From contig CAWDEM010000008.1 of NCBI GenBank assembly GCA_963801355.1, positions 288,001 to 352,000 of the forward strand: 64,000 nucleotides of DNA, given 5' to 3'. The notes under the pieces were generated by a model. The model was not told the DNA's origin and made no database searches. It saw only the letters and a program-made list of their open reading frames with translations. Positions 35,936 to 46,196 of this stretch are shown here, piece after piece. Position 1 is the first letter of the stretch, and every line of letters begins with the position of its first letter. The DNA comes from Ignavibacteriota bacterium (GTDB lineage Bacteria; Bacteroidota; Ignavibacteria; UBA10030; UBA6906). A program made the translations under genes and the position numbers.

Positions 35936-38506
35936 ATGCGGAAACTCCTCCTGACCGTCGTTCTCTGTGGCATGTGTATCTGTCCATCCCGGAGCGAACA
36001 GCGTACGGTGCCAATAGTGCCCCAACCCCGAGTGATCAGGGAGCTGGGCGGGTACGTCACCTTCATCCCGTCACAAACGTCCATCCAGCTCGCTATCCGC
36101 GATACCGCCGCTGTCATGCCGGCGATCAACGATCTCTGCTCGACCTCCGTTGCGCTCTATGGCAAGGCGCCATCGTTCGCAGGGAAAGGCCGCCTTCTCA
36201 TCAGGGCAGGCGTCTTTGGCGATGATCCTCGGTTTGACCGCTTCTGTGCAAGGAAAGGACTTGCCGCGGAGGACCACCTGGGAGAAGAAGGCTATCAACT
36301 GCTGATCGAACCCGGAACCATCCTCGTGGCAGGCCGATCGCCTCGCGGTGTTTTCTACGGACTCCAATCATTCCGTCAGCTTCTCAGAGGAGCAGCCTCG
36401 TCAAAGGGCAGGATACCGGCCGTAAGGGTGAGCGATTGGCCGGACATCCGTGTCCGTGCGGTGATGGACGACATCAGCCGGGGACCGGTGCCGACGCCCG
36501 CATACTTCCGTCAGCAGATCCGGAGGTGTGCTGAGCTGAAGGTGAACACGATGTCCTACTACACAGAGCATGTCGTAGCCACGAGGAGTCACCCGGAGTT
36601 CGCACCCCCCGGAGGAGCGCTCAGCATCGATGAGTGGAAAGAGATCGCTGCCTTTGCCCGCACGTACCATATCGATCTCATCGGCAACTTCCAGTCATTC
36701 GGCCATTTCGACAAGATCCTGGCCACGCCCCGGTATGCGCATCTGAAGGATGGCAAGAGCTTGCTTTCTCCCGCACTCGATGAGAGTTATGCGTTGCTCC
36801 GGGATGTCTACGAGGAGATGGTTCCGGCATTCTCATCACGGTTCTTCAACGTAAACTGTGACGAAACATTTGACCTGGGACGCGGGCGATCCAAAGCGAT
36901 GGTGGACAGTCTCGGAAAGGGGAGGGTGTACCTCGGGCACATTCTGAAACTCAGAGAGATGCTCCAGCGCCTGGGGGTGCGTATGGTCATGTGGGGGGAC
37001 GTCTTGCTCGAGCACCCCGAAGTGATCGAACTTGTTCCCAGGGATGTCCTCATCGGGACCTGGACATACGACTCGCTCGCCGACTTCCGCCGTTACATCA
37101 CGCCCTTCACATCCCGGGGGTTCGATGTGCTCGTCACCCCCGGGGTGCTGAATTCAGGGAATGTCCTTCCCAATTTCCGACAGTCATTTGCCAACATCCG
37201 GCGGTTTGTCCGCGACGGCGTGGCGGAGAACGTCATGGGCGCGATCACAACGGTATGGGATGACGGGGGGACGGCGCAGTTCATGAGAGACTGGTACGGC
37301 GTGGCGTATGCCGCCGATCAGATGTGGAATTCCGACACGCTCGACACATCGTTCCCGCAGCGATTCGACGTCGCGCTGTACGGCGACCAACAGCACGCAC
37401 TCTCGCGGGGCATTGACACACTCCTTCAGCTGGCTGATCTTGCGCCGACAGACGGCATGAGTGAACGGAATCTCTGGCAGCCCGTTATCCCGCCTCCGGG
37501 CCAGTCGATGCGCCTCGATATGACAGATTGGGAACGGGTGCTTTCAACTGCGGACGCGGCGGATACCGTTCTTCGCAGCGGTCACTCTCAGGTATGGCCG
37601 GAGGATCTGGATGCAATGCGGTTCGTTGCAGAGCTCTACGCCGGAGCGGCCCGGTTGCGTCTTGGCATCCGCGATGCGGCGGAACGTTACAGCGTCGCGG
37701 TGCAGGACCAGCAGCCAGAACCCGGGCGCGCCCGGGAGGATGTCGTGGTAGCTTTGAATATTGTCGCGAATTTGCGCGACGAGTACGGGCGGCTGAAGAC
37801 CCGTGCCATCACGACGTGGCTGATGGAGAGTCGCCTCTTCGCTCTTGATTCGGTGGAGCGTTCCTATGACGATCGAATCCGGGATCTGTCGGATGTAGAA
37901 CAGCACCTCCGTGCTGCGCTGGCCGGCTTTGAACAGGGCCGACCCCTTCCAGTGCCGGAGACAGTGCGACTCGGCATCATCGAATCGACAGGAGGGTATT
38001 TCCGCGACTGGCTCGTTACGGGACCCATAGAGGGAAACGAGATCACGACGGACTATCTTTCTCCCATGGGAGGCGAAGCACGGAACATCCGGCCTCGTGT
38101 GACGCAGGAATTCGTCCGCGCCGGCAAAACCTACAGATGGAGCAGGCTCTCGGCTCGCACCGCGGCGGAAATTGATTTTCCGCAGTTATTCCCCCAGGCG
38201 GGCAAGTCGACAATGTATGCCTATGCGACGATTGAGAGCCCTGCTGCCATGACAGTTCCCGCGCTCCTGGGTTTTGGAGGGAGCGTGCGTGTTTTCATCA
38301 ACGGCATCCAGGTCTACCAGCGTGAGGGCCGGGAGAGCTTGGTCGTCGATGCAGACACGGTCTATGCTTCCTCTCAGCCACGGAATCAATCACCTCCTGA
38401 TCAAGGTCTCCGGCGGGACGTCCGGCGATTGGGGATTCTCCTGGCGCCTCGCCGATTCCTCCGTGCGGAACAGGAAAAACCGGTACCGAATCGTCTGCAG
38501 AACTGA
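35936..38506 (+). CDS. GH20 beta-N-acetylhexosaminidase-like protein with C-terminal beta-sandwich; probable frameshift near 38370
   Basis: Signal peptide, IVPQP, EEGYQL, GVFYGLQS, DWPD.RVRAVMDDISRG, FGH, NCDE catalytic pair, MWGD. Confidence 0.85.
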   Translation: MRKLLLTVVLCGMCICPSRSEQRTVPIVPQPRVIRELGGYVTFIPSQTSIQLAIRDTAAVMPAINDLCSTSVALYGKAPSFAGKGRLLIRAGVFGDDPRFDRFCARKGLAAEDHLGEEGYQLLIEPGTILVAGRSPRGVFYGLQSFRQLLRGAASSKGRIPAVRVSDWPDIRVRAVMDDISRGPVPTPAYFRQQIRRCAELKVNTMSYYTEHVVATRSHPEFAPPGGALSIDEWKEIAAFARTYHIDLIGNFQSFGHFDKILATPRYAHLKDGKSLLSPALDESYALLRDVYEEMVPAFSSRFFNVNCDETFDLGRGRSKAMVDSLGKGRVYLGHILKLREMLQRLGVRMVMWGDVLLEHPEVIELVPRDVLIGTWTYDSLADFRRYITPFTSRGFDVLVTPGVLNSGNVLPNFRQSFANIRRFVRDGVAENVMGAITTVWDDGGTAQFMRDWYGVAYAADQMWNSDTLDTSFPQRFDVALYGDQQHALSRGIDTLLQLADLAPTDGMSERNLWQPVIPPPGQSMRLDMTDWERVLSTADAADTVLRSGHSQVWPEDLDAMRFVAELYAGAARLRLGIRDAAERYSVAVQDQQPEPGRAREDVVVALNIVANLRDEYGRLKTRAITTWLMESRLFALDSVERSYDDRIRDLSDVEQHLRAALAGFEQGRPLPVPETVRLGIIESTGGYFRDWLVTGPIEGNEITTDYLSPMGGEARNIRPRVTQEFVRAGKTYRWSRLSARTAAEIDFPQLFPQAGKSTMYAYATIESPAAMTVPALLGFGGSVRVFINGIQVYQREGRESLVVDADTVYASSQPRNQSPPDQGLRRDVRRLGILLAPRRFLRAEQEKPVPNRLQN

Positions 38507-38517
38507 AGGCTCGCGAC

Positions 38518-39778
38518 ATGACATCACAACGTATCATTCCGTTCCTCTCCTTTGTGCTCCTTCTGTGCCCTCGACGGGCGCGCAGACAACCACGGGCGAC
38601 CTCCGGAAAGAGGTTCTCAATGCCATCGTTTCATGTTCGGACTACATGACCGAGGTGCTGATCGACAGTACGGGCAAATCCCGATGTGATTACCAGATGG
38701 TGAACGGCCGATGGAAGGACTATGAGCCACCATGGCACACCGGACAGCTCATCTACGCTCTGGTGGAAGCACACCGCGTGACCGGGAACAACGCTATCTC
38801 GATGCGGCACGGAAGGCCGGGGACTGGTGGGTCGGGATGGAGATCAGAGACCATCCGGTCCTCAGGGGAATGGTTCGCGCCATTCACGGCGACGGCCTGG
38901 AGTATATCGTGTTCGCCACGGTGTCGGATGGTACACCCGGCCTCTTCCGGTTGCAGCAGGCCACCGGCGAGAAGCGATTTGCCGAAGTCCCGACGAATGC
39001 TGGCCGCTGGATGCTGGCACACATGTACAATCCCCAGTTCCGCGTGTTCTATGATTGCGTGGATCCGCTCACGGGAAAGGTCATGAAAGAGCGAAGCCCT
39101 TTCTGGCCGGAAAAGGAGACGCAGACGATCTTCGATGTCGCACGCCCGAACAATGAGGGATCGCTCTTCAAGGATATGTATCTGTACACGAGGGACGAGC
39201 GCTACCGGACGATGTTCCTTGAACTCTGCGAGAGCCTGCTCTCGTATCAGGACGAGCATGGTCTGTGGATGCAGTTTGTGCCAAACAATGCGAGCGACAG
39301 TTCGTTCCATCCGCGCTTCAATCTGTGGTACGCGGAGTCGTTGCTGGAGGGGTATGCATTGACGAAAGATCCTCGCTACCTGGAGGGCGCCCTGCGAACA
39401 GCCCGGACCTATGCAAAATTCATGCAGAAGGACGGAACCTTCTACTACACAAACTTTCTCAACGGGACATCCAACAAGAACTCCATCTGCGGTTCCGCGA
39501 CTGCATTCTGCGGCATCGTATGGCTCAGGCTTCTCGAGTACGGCGTGGGCGAGGAATTCCGGCCCAAGATCGAGCGTGCCGCAGCTTGGATCCTCAACAA
39601 CAGGTTTGCCCCGGACCATCCCGATCCAAATCTCGCGGGCGGTGTGCTGGAGACGCGGGTACGCACAAAGGGGTCGGGCGTCTGGCTGGTGAATAGAGAC
39701 ATCGCCACGTCGTTCGGTGTCCGGTTTTTGTGCGACTACTATACATGGATGACAAAGGGCGGAGAAGAAGATAAATAG
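38518..39778 (+). CDS. Secreted six-hairpin (alpha/alpha)-barrel hypothetical protein; frameshifts near 38570 and 38790
   Basis: MTSQRIIPFLSFVLLLC signal-like start; repeated VTG..RYLDAA, ATGEKRF, YTRDERY, LTKDPRYLEGA hairpins. Confidence 0.7.
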
Positions 39779-39826
39779 TGCTACTGCAATAGTCTGACGA
39801 TCGGCATAAACGAGCGGAGGTCATAC

Positions 39827-40579
39827 GTGCAGAATCATGAAGTGGCGGTACACGTGTTTCCGAGCCGTGAGCGGATGGGTGATGCAGCCGGCCAAGCGGT
39901 GCGCGGAGCGCTGTTCGAGGCGCTGAAGAACAAGCCGGAGGCGCGCGTAGTATTTGCCGCCGCCCCGTCCCAGGTGGAGTTTCTCGCCGCACTCGTCCGG
40001 TTTGACGACATCCCCTGGCAACGGGTGATTGGCCTCCACATGGATGAGTACTTCGGTCTTGCGAAGGATGCTCCACAGAGCTTCGGTTTCTTTCTGCGGC
40101 AACATATCTTCGACCGGGTTCCGTTCGGGCGGGTTGAATACATCGATCCGACGACGGTGGACCCCGCCTCCGAGTGCAGGCGCTATGCAGACGTACTGAA
40201 GCAGGCGCCCATCGATATCATGTGCATGGGGATCGGAGAAAACGGGCATATTGCGTTCAACGATCCGCCCATCGCCGATTTTGCCGATCCTCTCACGGTG
40301 AAGATCGCCGATCTCGACGAACGGTGCCGGCAGCAGCAGGTGAACGATGGAAGCTTCCCGACTCTTGCGGACGTGCCGCGGCAGGCCATCACGCTGACTA
40401 TCCCCGCACTTCTCACTTCGCCGAGGATCTTCGTCGTTGTGCCGGGGCCGAGAAAAGCGCAGGCGGTGCATGATGCCCTGCGAGGTCCGGTAAGCAGCGC
40501 GTGCCCGGCTTCTGTGCTCCGGACACATCCCCGGGTGGAATTGTTTCTTGATGCACAGTCGGCCGCACTCTTGAGGTGA
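39827..40579 (+). CDS. nagB: Glucosamine-6-phosphate deaminase (NagB)-like protein
   Basis: HMDEY, MGIGENGHIAFNDP, VPRQAITLTI, CPASVLRTHP..LFLD; SD GGAGG before GTG. Confidence 0.8.
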   Translation: MQNHEVAVHVFPSRERMGDAAGQAVRGALFEALKNKPEARVVFAAAPSQVEFLAALVRFDDIPWQRVIGLHMDEYFGLAKDAPQSFGFFLRQHIFDRVPFGRVEYIDPTTVDPASECRRYADVLKQAPIDIMCMGIGENGHIAFNDPPIADFADPLTVKIADLDERCRQQQVNDGSFPTLADVPRQAITLTIPALLTSPRIFVVVPGPRKAQAVHDALRGPVSSACPASVLRTHPRVELFLDAQSAALLR

Positions 40580-40582
40580 ACG

Positions 40583-41821
40583 ATGAGACGGCATGCAAGG
40601 CAAATCCTCCTCGCCGGCTTCATCATTCTGGTCACTGCCTGTACCTGTACGGCCCAGAATGATCCACGGGCGGTGCTTCAGCGCATCACCGACCGGATCG
40701 TGCAACAGACCTCATACCAGATTGTCGACACTGCAACAAAGGCACTCCTCACGGCCGGACAGCTGGGGAAAGTGTCGCACTCCGTGCGGATTGCCAGTGA
40801 CTATAACGACTGGACCTACTTCATGGGAGTGGTCTTGAGCGGAATGATGAGCGTTGCCGATGCAACCGAGGAGGAGGAACTCCGGGCGTACGTCATCCGC
40901 AACTTTGATTTCATTTTTGACTGTCTGCCGTACTTCCAGGAACAATGGGAGGTCCTGCAGGTGAGACGGGCGAGCTATTACCGGATATTCAGGATGAACA
41001 TGCTCGATGACTGCGGCGCAATCGGCGCGGCGCTGGTTGACGCGTATCGGCAGAAGCATGATGAACGGTATCTTCGGATGATCAGGAAAATTGCAAACTA
41101 CATCACCAACGTGCAGCTTCGACTTGAGGATGGGACGCTTTCCCGCCCGGATCCGAGATACATGACCCTCTGGGCAGACGATCTCTATATGAGCGTGCCG
41201 TTCCTTGCGCGCATGGGGACTCTGACAGGCGAGACACGCTACTATGACGATGCGGCGCGTCAGGTGACGGGGTTTCTGTCCAGGTTGACTGACCCGGAGA
41301 CAGGACTTCTCAAACACGCGTGGTTCAGTGACTCGAAGACCGTCTCGGTTGCTTCATGGGGACGGGCAAACGGATGGGCGATCATGGCGCAGACAGAACT
41401 CCTGCGTCACCTGCCGTCCAACTATCCGATGCGGGATTCGCTGGAGCAGCTGTTCCGCCGGCACCTCATGGCGCTCTGCCGTTTCCAGGACGGCGCGGGG
41501 TTGTGGCATCAGGTGCTGGACCATCCGGACTCGTACCTCGAGACCTCATGTACTGCGATGTTCTGTTACGGGCTTGCGTTTGCCGTGAACACCGGGATGA
41601 TCGAAACCTCCTACCGCGACACTGCACACAAAGCCTGGAAGGGAATTGCCTCACGTGTGCGTGAAGACGGCCAGATCGAGGGGATATGCCGCGGGACAGA
41701 AGTGGGATTCGATCTGAAATTCTACTACGATCGTCCGGCACCCCTAAACGATACACGTGGAATCGGTGCTGTACTCCTCGCGGGCGCCGAGCTGATCCGT
41801 CTCGACCGAAAGCAGCGTTGA
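40583..41821 (+). CDS. GH105 unsaturated uronyl hydrolase (YteR-like)
   Basis: Signal peptide; WTYFMG, LDDCG, LWADDLYMSVPFL, WGRANGW, GLWHQVLD..YLETSCTAM. Confidence 0.9.
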   Translation: MRRHARQILLAGFIILVTACTCTAQNDPRAVLQRITDRIVQQTSYQIVDTATKALLTAGQLGKVSHSVRIASDYNDWTYFMGVVLSGMMSVADATEEEELRAYVIRNFDFIFDCLPYFQEQWEVLQVRRASYYRIFRMNMLDDCGAIGAALVDAYRQKHDERYLRMIRKIANYITNVQLRLEDGTLSRPDPRYMTLWADDLYMSVPFLARMGTLTGETRYYDDAARQVTGFLSRLTDPETGLLKHAWFSDSKTVSVASWGRANGWAIMAQTELLRHLPSNYPMRDSLEQLFRRHLMALCRFQDGAGLWHQVLDHPDSYLETSCTAMFCYGLAFAVNTGMIETSYRDTAHKAWKGIASRVREDGQIEGICRGTEVGFDLKFYYDRPAPLNDTRGIGAVLLAGAELIRLDRKQR

Positions 41822-41875
41822 AGCGATACGGCAGACATCCATCACGCCTCTACCACGCAGCATGCTGACGGTGGT

Positions 41876-43089
41876 ATGACACTCCAGGACCTCACCCCGT
41901 ATCTGGACGACCTCGAACAACGGATTGACGAGGCCGCAGAAGCCTCACTTTTCGAGGCTTGGGTGGAGTTCGCGGAGGGACGGTGCAGTGAGCCGCTGTT
42001 CGCGCCTTACAGGTCTCTACGGAGACCTCCCAATCTTGACTGGCCCGCGACAGTCTCAATTCGACTCTCTCCGATCCGCTGTTGATGCTCTACCATCAGC
42101 TTTCGGTGAACTCCAGAATCCTTGCCGGGGGAACCGGCGCACTACTCGGTATTCGTGCGAACTTTGGCACGCCGATTCTCCCTTCGATGTACGGCGCCAG
42201 TCTCTACCTGATGCCGGAGGCAACAGACACTCTTCCTACCTGCTACCCGCTCCCGGGCGGGTTGGACGATGCACTCCGACTTCTGGACAAGGGAGGGCCG
42301 GATCTGACAGCGGGCCTGGCCCGCGCGGTGCTCGAAACGGGAGAGCTTTTCCGCGACGTGCTCCGGGAGCGCCCGCGTCTTGCGCGTCGCATTACACTCT
42401 ATCACCCTGATTTGCAGGGTCCGATGGATGTGTGTGAACTTCTTGTGGGGAGTGAACTCTTTACCGATCTCATCGATCGTCCGGAGGAAGTCCACGCCGT
42501 GCTGCGGTCAATTACGGGAACCTATGCGAGATTTATGAGACGCTGGCTGGAGATCGTCCCGCCGATGGAGCGTTGGAGTGTTCACTGGCATATGCTTCAC
42601 CGCGGACGGATCATGCTACGGGATGATTCTGCCACGAACCTGTCGCCGGCGATGTTCGAGGAGTTCATCAAGCCGTACGACCAGGAGCTGCTTGAAGCGT
42701 TTGGCGGTGGGGGGATACACTTCTGCGGCAGGGGAGACCGGTTCATTGGGATGGCCGCGACCATCCCACGTCTGCACGCGATCCATATGTCCCAACCGGA
42801 GCTCAATGATGTCGAGAAGGTTCTCCGGCACACGGTTGACAGAGGGATCCATATCATCGGACTGAAGCGCGAGGCCGGGCAGCAGCTGGCACGGCGGGGG
42901 AGTCGACTCGGGGGCGTGTCCACATTGCTGGGACGGGATTCCGAAGTGACCGGTCCGAAGCGTTCGACAGCCTCATCGACTTCACAACACTACGTCCGTA
43001 TTATCTCACTATGGGACGGCTGCTTCAGGCCGACATCACGCGCCGTTCTGCTCCCAATGCGGTTTCATTTTCAACATCGGTGTCTCTGA
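41876..43089 (+). CDS. Uroporphyrinogen decarboxylase/MtaA-like TIM-barrel protein; frameshift near 42060, true end probably ~42950
   Basis: PDLQGPMDV, DLIDRPEEVH, DDSATNLSPAMFEEFIKPY, IHFCG motifs. Confidence 0.75.
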
Positions 43090-43131
43090 CTTCATCCATC
43101 GACCACCACCGAACATCCAGGACGAAACGTT

Positions 43132-44532
43132 ATGACGGAACTCGGTATCCTCAGCATCCTCCCGCCGGTGATTGCCCTGGCACTCGCCCTCTGGAAAAAG
43201 AAAATCATTCCAGCTCTACTTGTCGGCGGACTGATGGCAGCGTTCCTGCTGGCGTCGTCCAGGTGGAGCTTTGTGGTGGATTACCTCGAGCGGGTGATCC
43301 AGGTAACCGGCAATCGCAGTAACCTGCAGTTGATCCTGTTTGGTGTTCTGGTGGGCGGATTGATAAAGCTGATGGAAACTTCGGGCGGTTTCAAGGGGAT
43401 GATTCTGTTGCTGGAATCTTTGAATATCCGCACGAAAAGGCCGGTCTTCATCCTCACGTGGGCTATCGGCCTCCTCATGATCCTGGAGAACTACTCCAAT
43501 ATCATGGTCAATGGAACCACCGTAGGCAGCCTGTACGACAGGATCGGCGTCCCGCGGGCCAAGCTGGCCTATTTCCTTCACAGCATCAGTATCAACTGGG
43601 TGGCGATCATCGTTTTCAACAGCTGGGGGGCCTTCTACATGACTCTGCTGGCTGGTCAGGGAATTGCAGATCCCTTTCGCGTTGTCATCAACTCGATGAC
43701 CATGAATTTCTACTGCATGGCAAGCCTGGTGATGATTGTCCTAACCATGATCTTCGGCTGGAACCTCGGGGCGATGAAGAAGTATCCTGAAAGAGGTCCG
43801 CAGTCAGCCGATGGTGAAGGCCAACCGGCAGGAAGAAGTGACGAGGCACCTGACACTTCTCATTCGTCACCTTCTGCCAGTCTGCTCGTTATCCTTCCGG
43901 TCCTGGTGTTGGTTGCCACCATGCTGATCTCCCTGGCAGCCACCGGAGGAGGATCGATGCTCAAGGGTGACGGGACCGCTTCAGTGTTCTATGCAGTCCT
44001 GGCAGCGATTGCGGTCCTGGCATTGATGGTGCAGTTCAGGCCAAAAGCCGAGCGGCCTTCGATCGAAAAATCGGTCTATTCGGGCATCGGTGATTTCATG
44101 GAGGTGGGAATTCTGCTTGCTCTGGCTCTCACGCTGGGGAGTCTCTGCAAGCAGATGGGGACCGGCCAGTACATCGCAGGCCTGGCTTCCGGAAACGTTC
44201 CGGAATTTTTGATGCCTCTGATCTTCTTCTTTGTGAGTTGTCTGATCTCCTTTGCAACCGGCACATCATATGGAACATTCAGCATCATGGTTCCACTCGC
44301 GGTTCCTGTTGCTCAGGCCATGAATATCCCCTTGCCATTGATGTTTGCGGCATGTATATCGGGCGGAGTATTCGGAGACAATACCTCTCCATTCTCAGAC
44401 ACTTCGGTCATCACTGCCATTTCGGCCAAGACCGGAGTGGTTGAACACGTAGAGACGCAGCTGCCGTATGCGCTGGTTTCGGCGACCTTTGCCGGAGTGA
44501 TGTTTGTGGTGGCCGGGTTGTTGTTGGTATGA
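43132..44532 (+). CDS. NhaC-family membrane transporter
   Basis: LSILPPVIAL, ISFATGTSYGTF, SGGVFGDNTSPFSDT, HVETQLPYAL. Confidence 0.9.
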   Translation: MTELGILSILPPVIALALALWKKKIIPALLVGGLMAAFLLASSRWSFVVDYLERVIQVTGNRSNLQLILFGVLVGGLIKLMETSGGFKGMILLLESLNIRTKRPVFILTWAIGLLMILENYSNIMVNGTTVGSLYDRIGVPRAKLAYFLHSISINWVAIIVFNSWGAFYMTLLAGQGIADPFRVVINSMTMNFYCMASLVMIVLTMIFGWNLGAMKKYPERGPQSADGEGQPAGRSDEAPDTSHSSPSASLLVILPVLVLVATMLISLAATGGGSMLKGDGTASVFYAVLAAIAVLALMVQFRPKAERPSIEKSVYSGIGDFMEVGILLALALTLGSLCKQMGTGQYIAGLASGNVPEFLMPLIFFFVSCLISFATGTSYGTFSIMVPLAVPVAQAMNIPLPLMFAACISGGVFGDNTSPFSDTSVITAISAKTGVVEHVETQLPYALVSATFAGVMFVVAGLLLV

Positions 44533-45371
44533 AGGGAAACAGGTATACGGGATATTCACTATATAGGCACGCCTCTACGAGGACGGCTCATGTGATGGGG
44601 AGTATCAGGTTATGGACCATGTTGTTGACTGGAAGTCCTCCAACAAGTGGCACGGCAAAGTCCTGTCATTGAAGTTCGATGGTAACTCGGTTCTGGTGGG
44701 AGGAATGGATACAAACATAGAGGTTTACAACGGCTGGTACGATGCATTTCTACTCGTTTTGGGCCTTGCCGTTCATTTGACAATCGTCATACCGTTTGTT
44801 ATCATGCGCGGGTAAAACATCGGTCTCCATGCGGTGGACGGGGCGGTTGCCGTGTGAGGCCTGAGAGCGCAAGTCCGATCCTTGCCTCTGCTCTTGTACT
44901 CACGTCTCTCGTTCACGGTAGCCAGCCTCGCTTGTAGCCCAAGCTTCTTCGTCACCACAGCGGCTCGTGCCGTCCCAACTATCATTTGCGAGAAACATCC
45001 CCTCGTGTCATTGTTGGGACGCGTCCCGCTTCAGCGGGATGCCCCGTTCATTCATAGGAAACAATAGTTGCAGGGGCACGAGTCTCTCTATGCTTAAGCT
45101 AACAGTTGCGCGAGCTCTTGAGCTGGACACGTATCCCGCATCCTCATCGCGGCTGCTACGCCGAAGATTTAAGATACCATCAGATGGATGGACCTTTTCG
45201 TCTCTTGTGGTGAGTTTCTTCCGATTGGGCAGAAAAGAAGGATCCTCCTATGAAACGCATGCCGGTTGTCGCTGCGCCGCCGAGTGTTTCTGGGATAACT
45301 GTCTACCCGACGACCCACCGAGTCCTATCTCGAGTCAGTATCCACCTACAACCACCCTTACGGAGGCTAAT

Positions 45372-45827
45372 ATGCGAAAGCTATGCTTGGTCGTTGCAGT
45401 CCTGATGTTGCTCCCTTCTGCGTATCTCATTGCGCAAGAATGGTCGGCGGCTCAGAAGGAAATCTGGAAGGTTGAGGAAGAGACTGTCGCAGACATAGAG
45501 AAGGGGGACGTGGAGAAGATTATGAGTTATATTCACCCAGATTATCGTGGGTCTGGTCATGGCAGTCCCCTCCCAATTGACAAAAGCATTTTTCGCAAAC
45601 AGGCTGAGCAGATGGTAAAGACCTACCCGGCAAGAAGCGTGTTTCTGCAACCAGCTGCCATTCAGGTCTTTGGAAACACTGCCATAGTCCACTACATTGC
45701 GACGATAACACTGAAATCAGTGGATGGTAAAGAGGCAACATCACAAGCGGCGTACATCGACGTCTTTGTGAAACAAGGTGACAAGTGGCTCATCGTTGCC
45801 GATAACGGCTATGAGTTGAAAAAGTGA
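45372..45827 (+). CDS. Secreted NTF2-like (DUF4440/SnoaL-like) protein
   Basis: SD GGAGG, signal peptide, QEWSAAQKEIW, IQVFGNTAIVHY, DVFVKQGDKWLIV. Confidence 0.82.
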   Translation: MRKLCLVVAVLMLLPSAYLIAQEWSAAQKEIWKVEEETVADIEKGDVEKIMSYIHPDYRGSGHGSPLPIDKSIFRKQAEQMVKTYPARSVFLQPAAIQVFGNTAIVHYIATITLKSVDGKEATSQAAYIDVFVKQGDKWLIVADNGYELKK

Positions 45828-45949
45828 AGACGAATGCGTGTGGATGTGCAACTGCGAGTATTGCAGCCCGGGCAGCGATGTCCGGGCTCTTGATTTCGGG
45901 TGCCGCTGCAATTCCGCTCCGCCTTGTCTCTGAGGGTTGGCATTAGTAC

Positions 45950-46196
45950 ATTGCCGATGAACAAGTACGGGAAAATCGACTATCACATTTCAGGGAGACT
46001 TGCTGGTAGCTGGTTCGTCGAAGGGTTGCCCGCTGGTCCCGCAACCGTCGTTTCGGCTGGGTGGACGAAGCATCTAGCGATCGTGTACGACATGTTGAAC
46101 CCTTCTGCGATCCGTATCGCCATCGGGAAAGTGGCACTAAACCGCGAACGGCGATGTACTATTGCGGCTCTGCCTAGCATCCGGGAGAACACATGA
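45950..46196 (+). pseudogene. Probable internal gene fragment
   Basis: Protein-like stretch GKIDYHISGRLAGSWFVEG..HLAIVYD..IRIAIG without a convincing start. Confidence 0.35.

Noticed and set aside
38274-39086. Fusion of GH20 with the downstream barrel protein
   Set aside because: A separate ATG with a signal-peptide-like sequence exists at 38518; the bridging frame is probably an indel artefact
44540-44550. Second operator copy (CAGGTATAC) after nhaC
   Set aside because: Only a partial match, located at a gene end with no clear promoter
44612-44815. 67-aa ORF
   Set aside because: No recognisable motif; lies in the decayed region, so it cannot be supported as a gene
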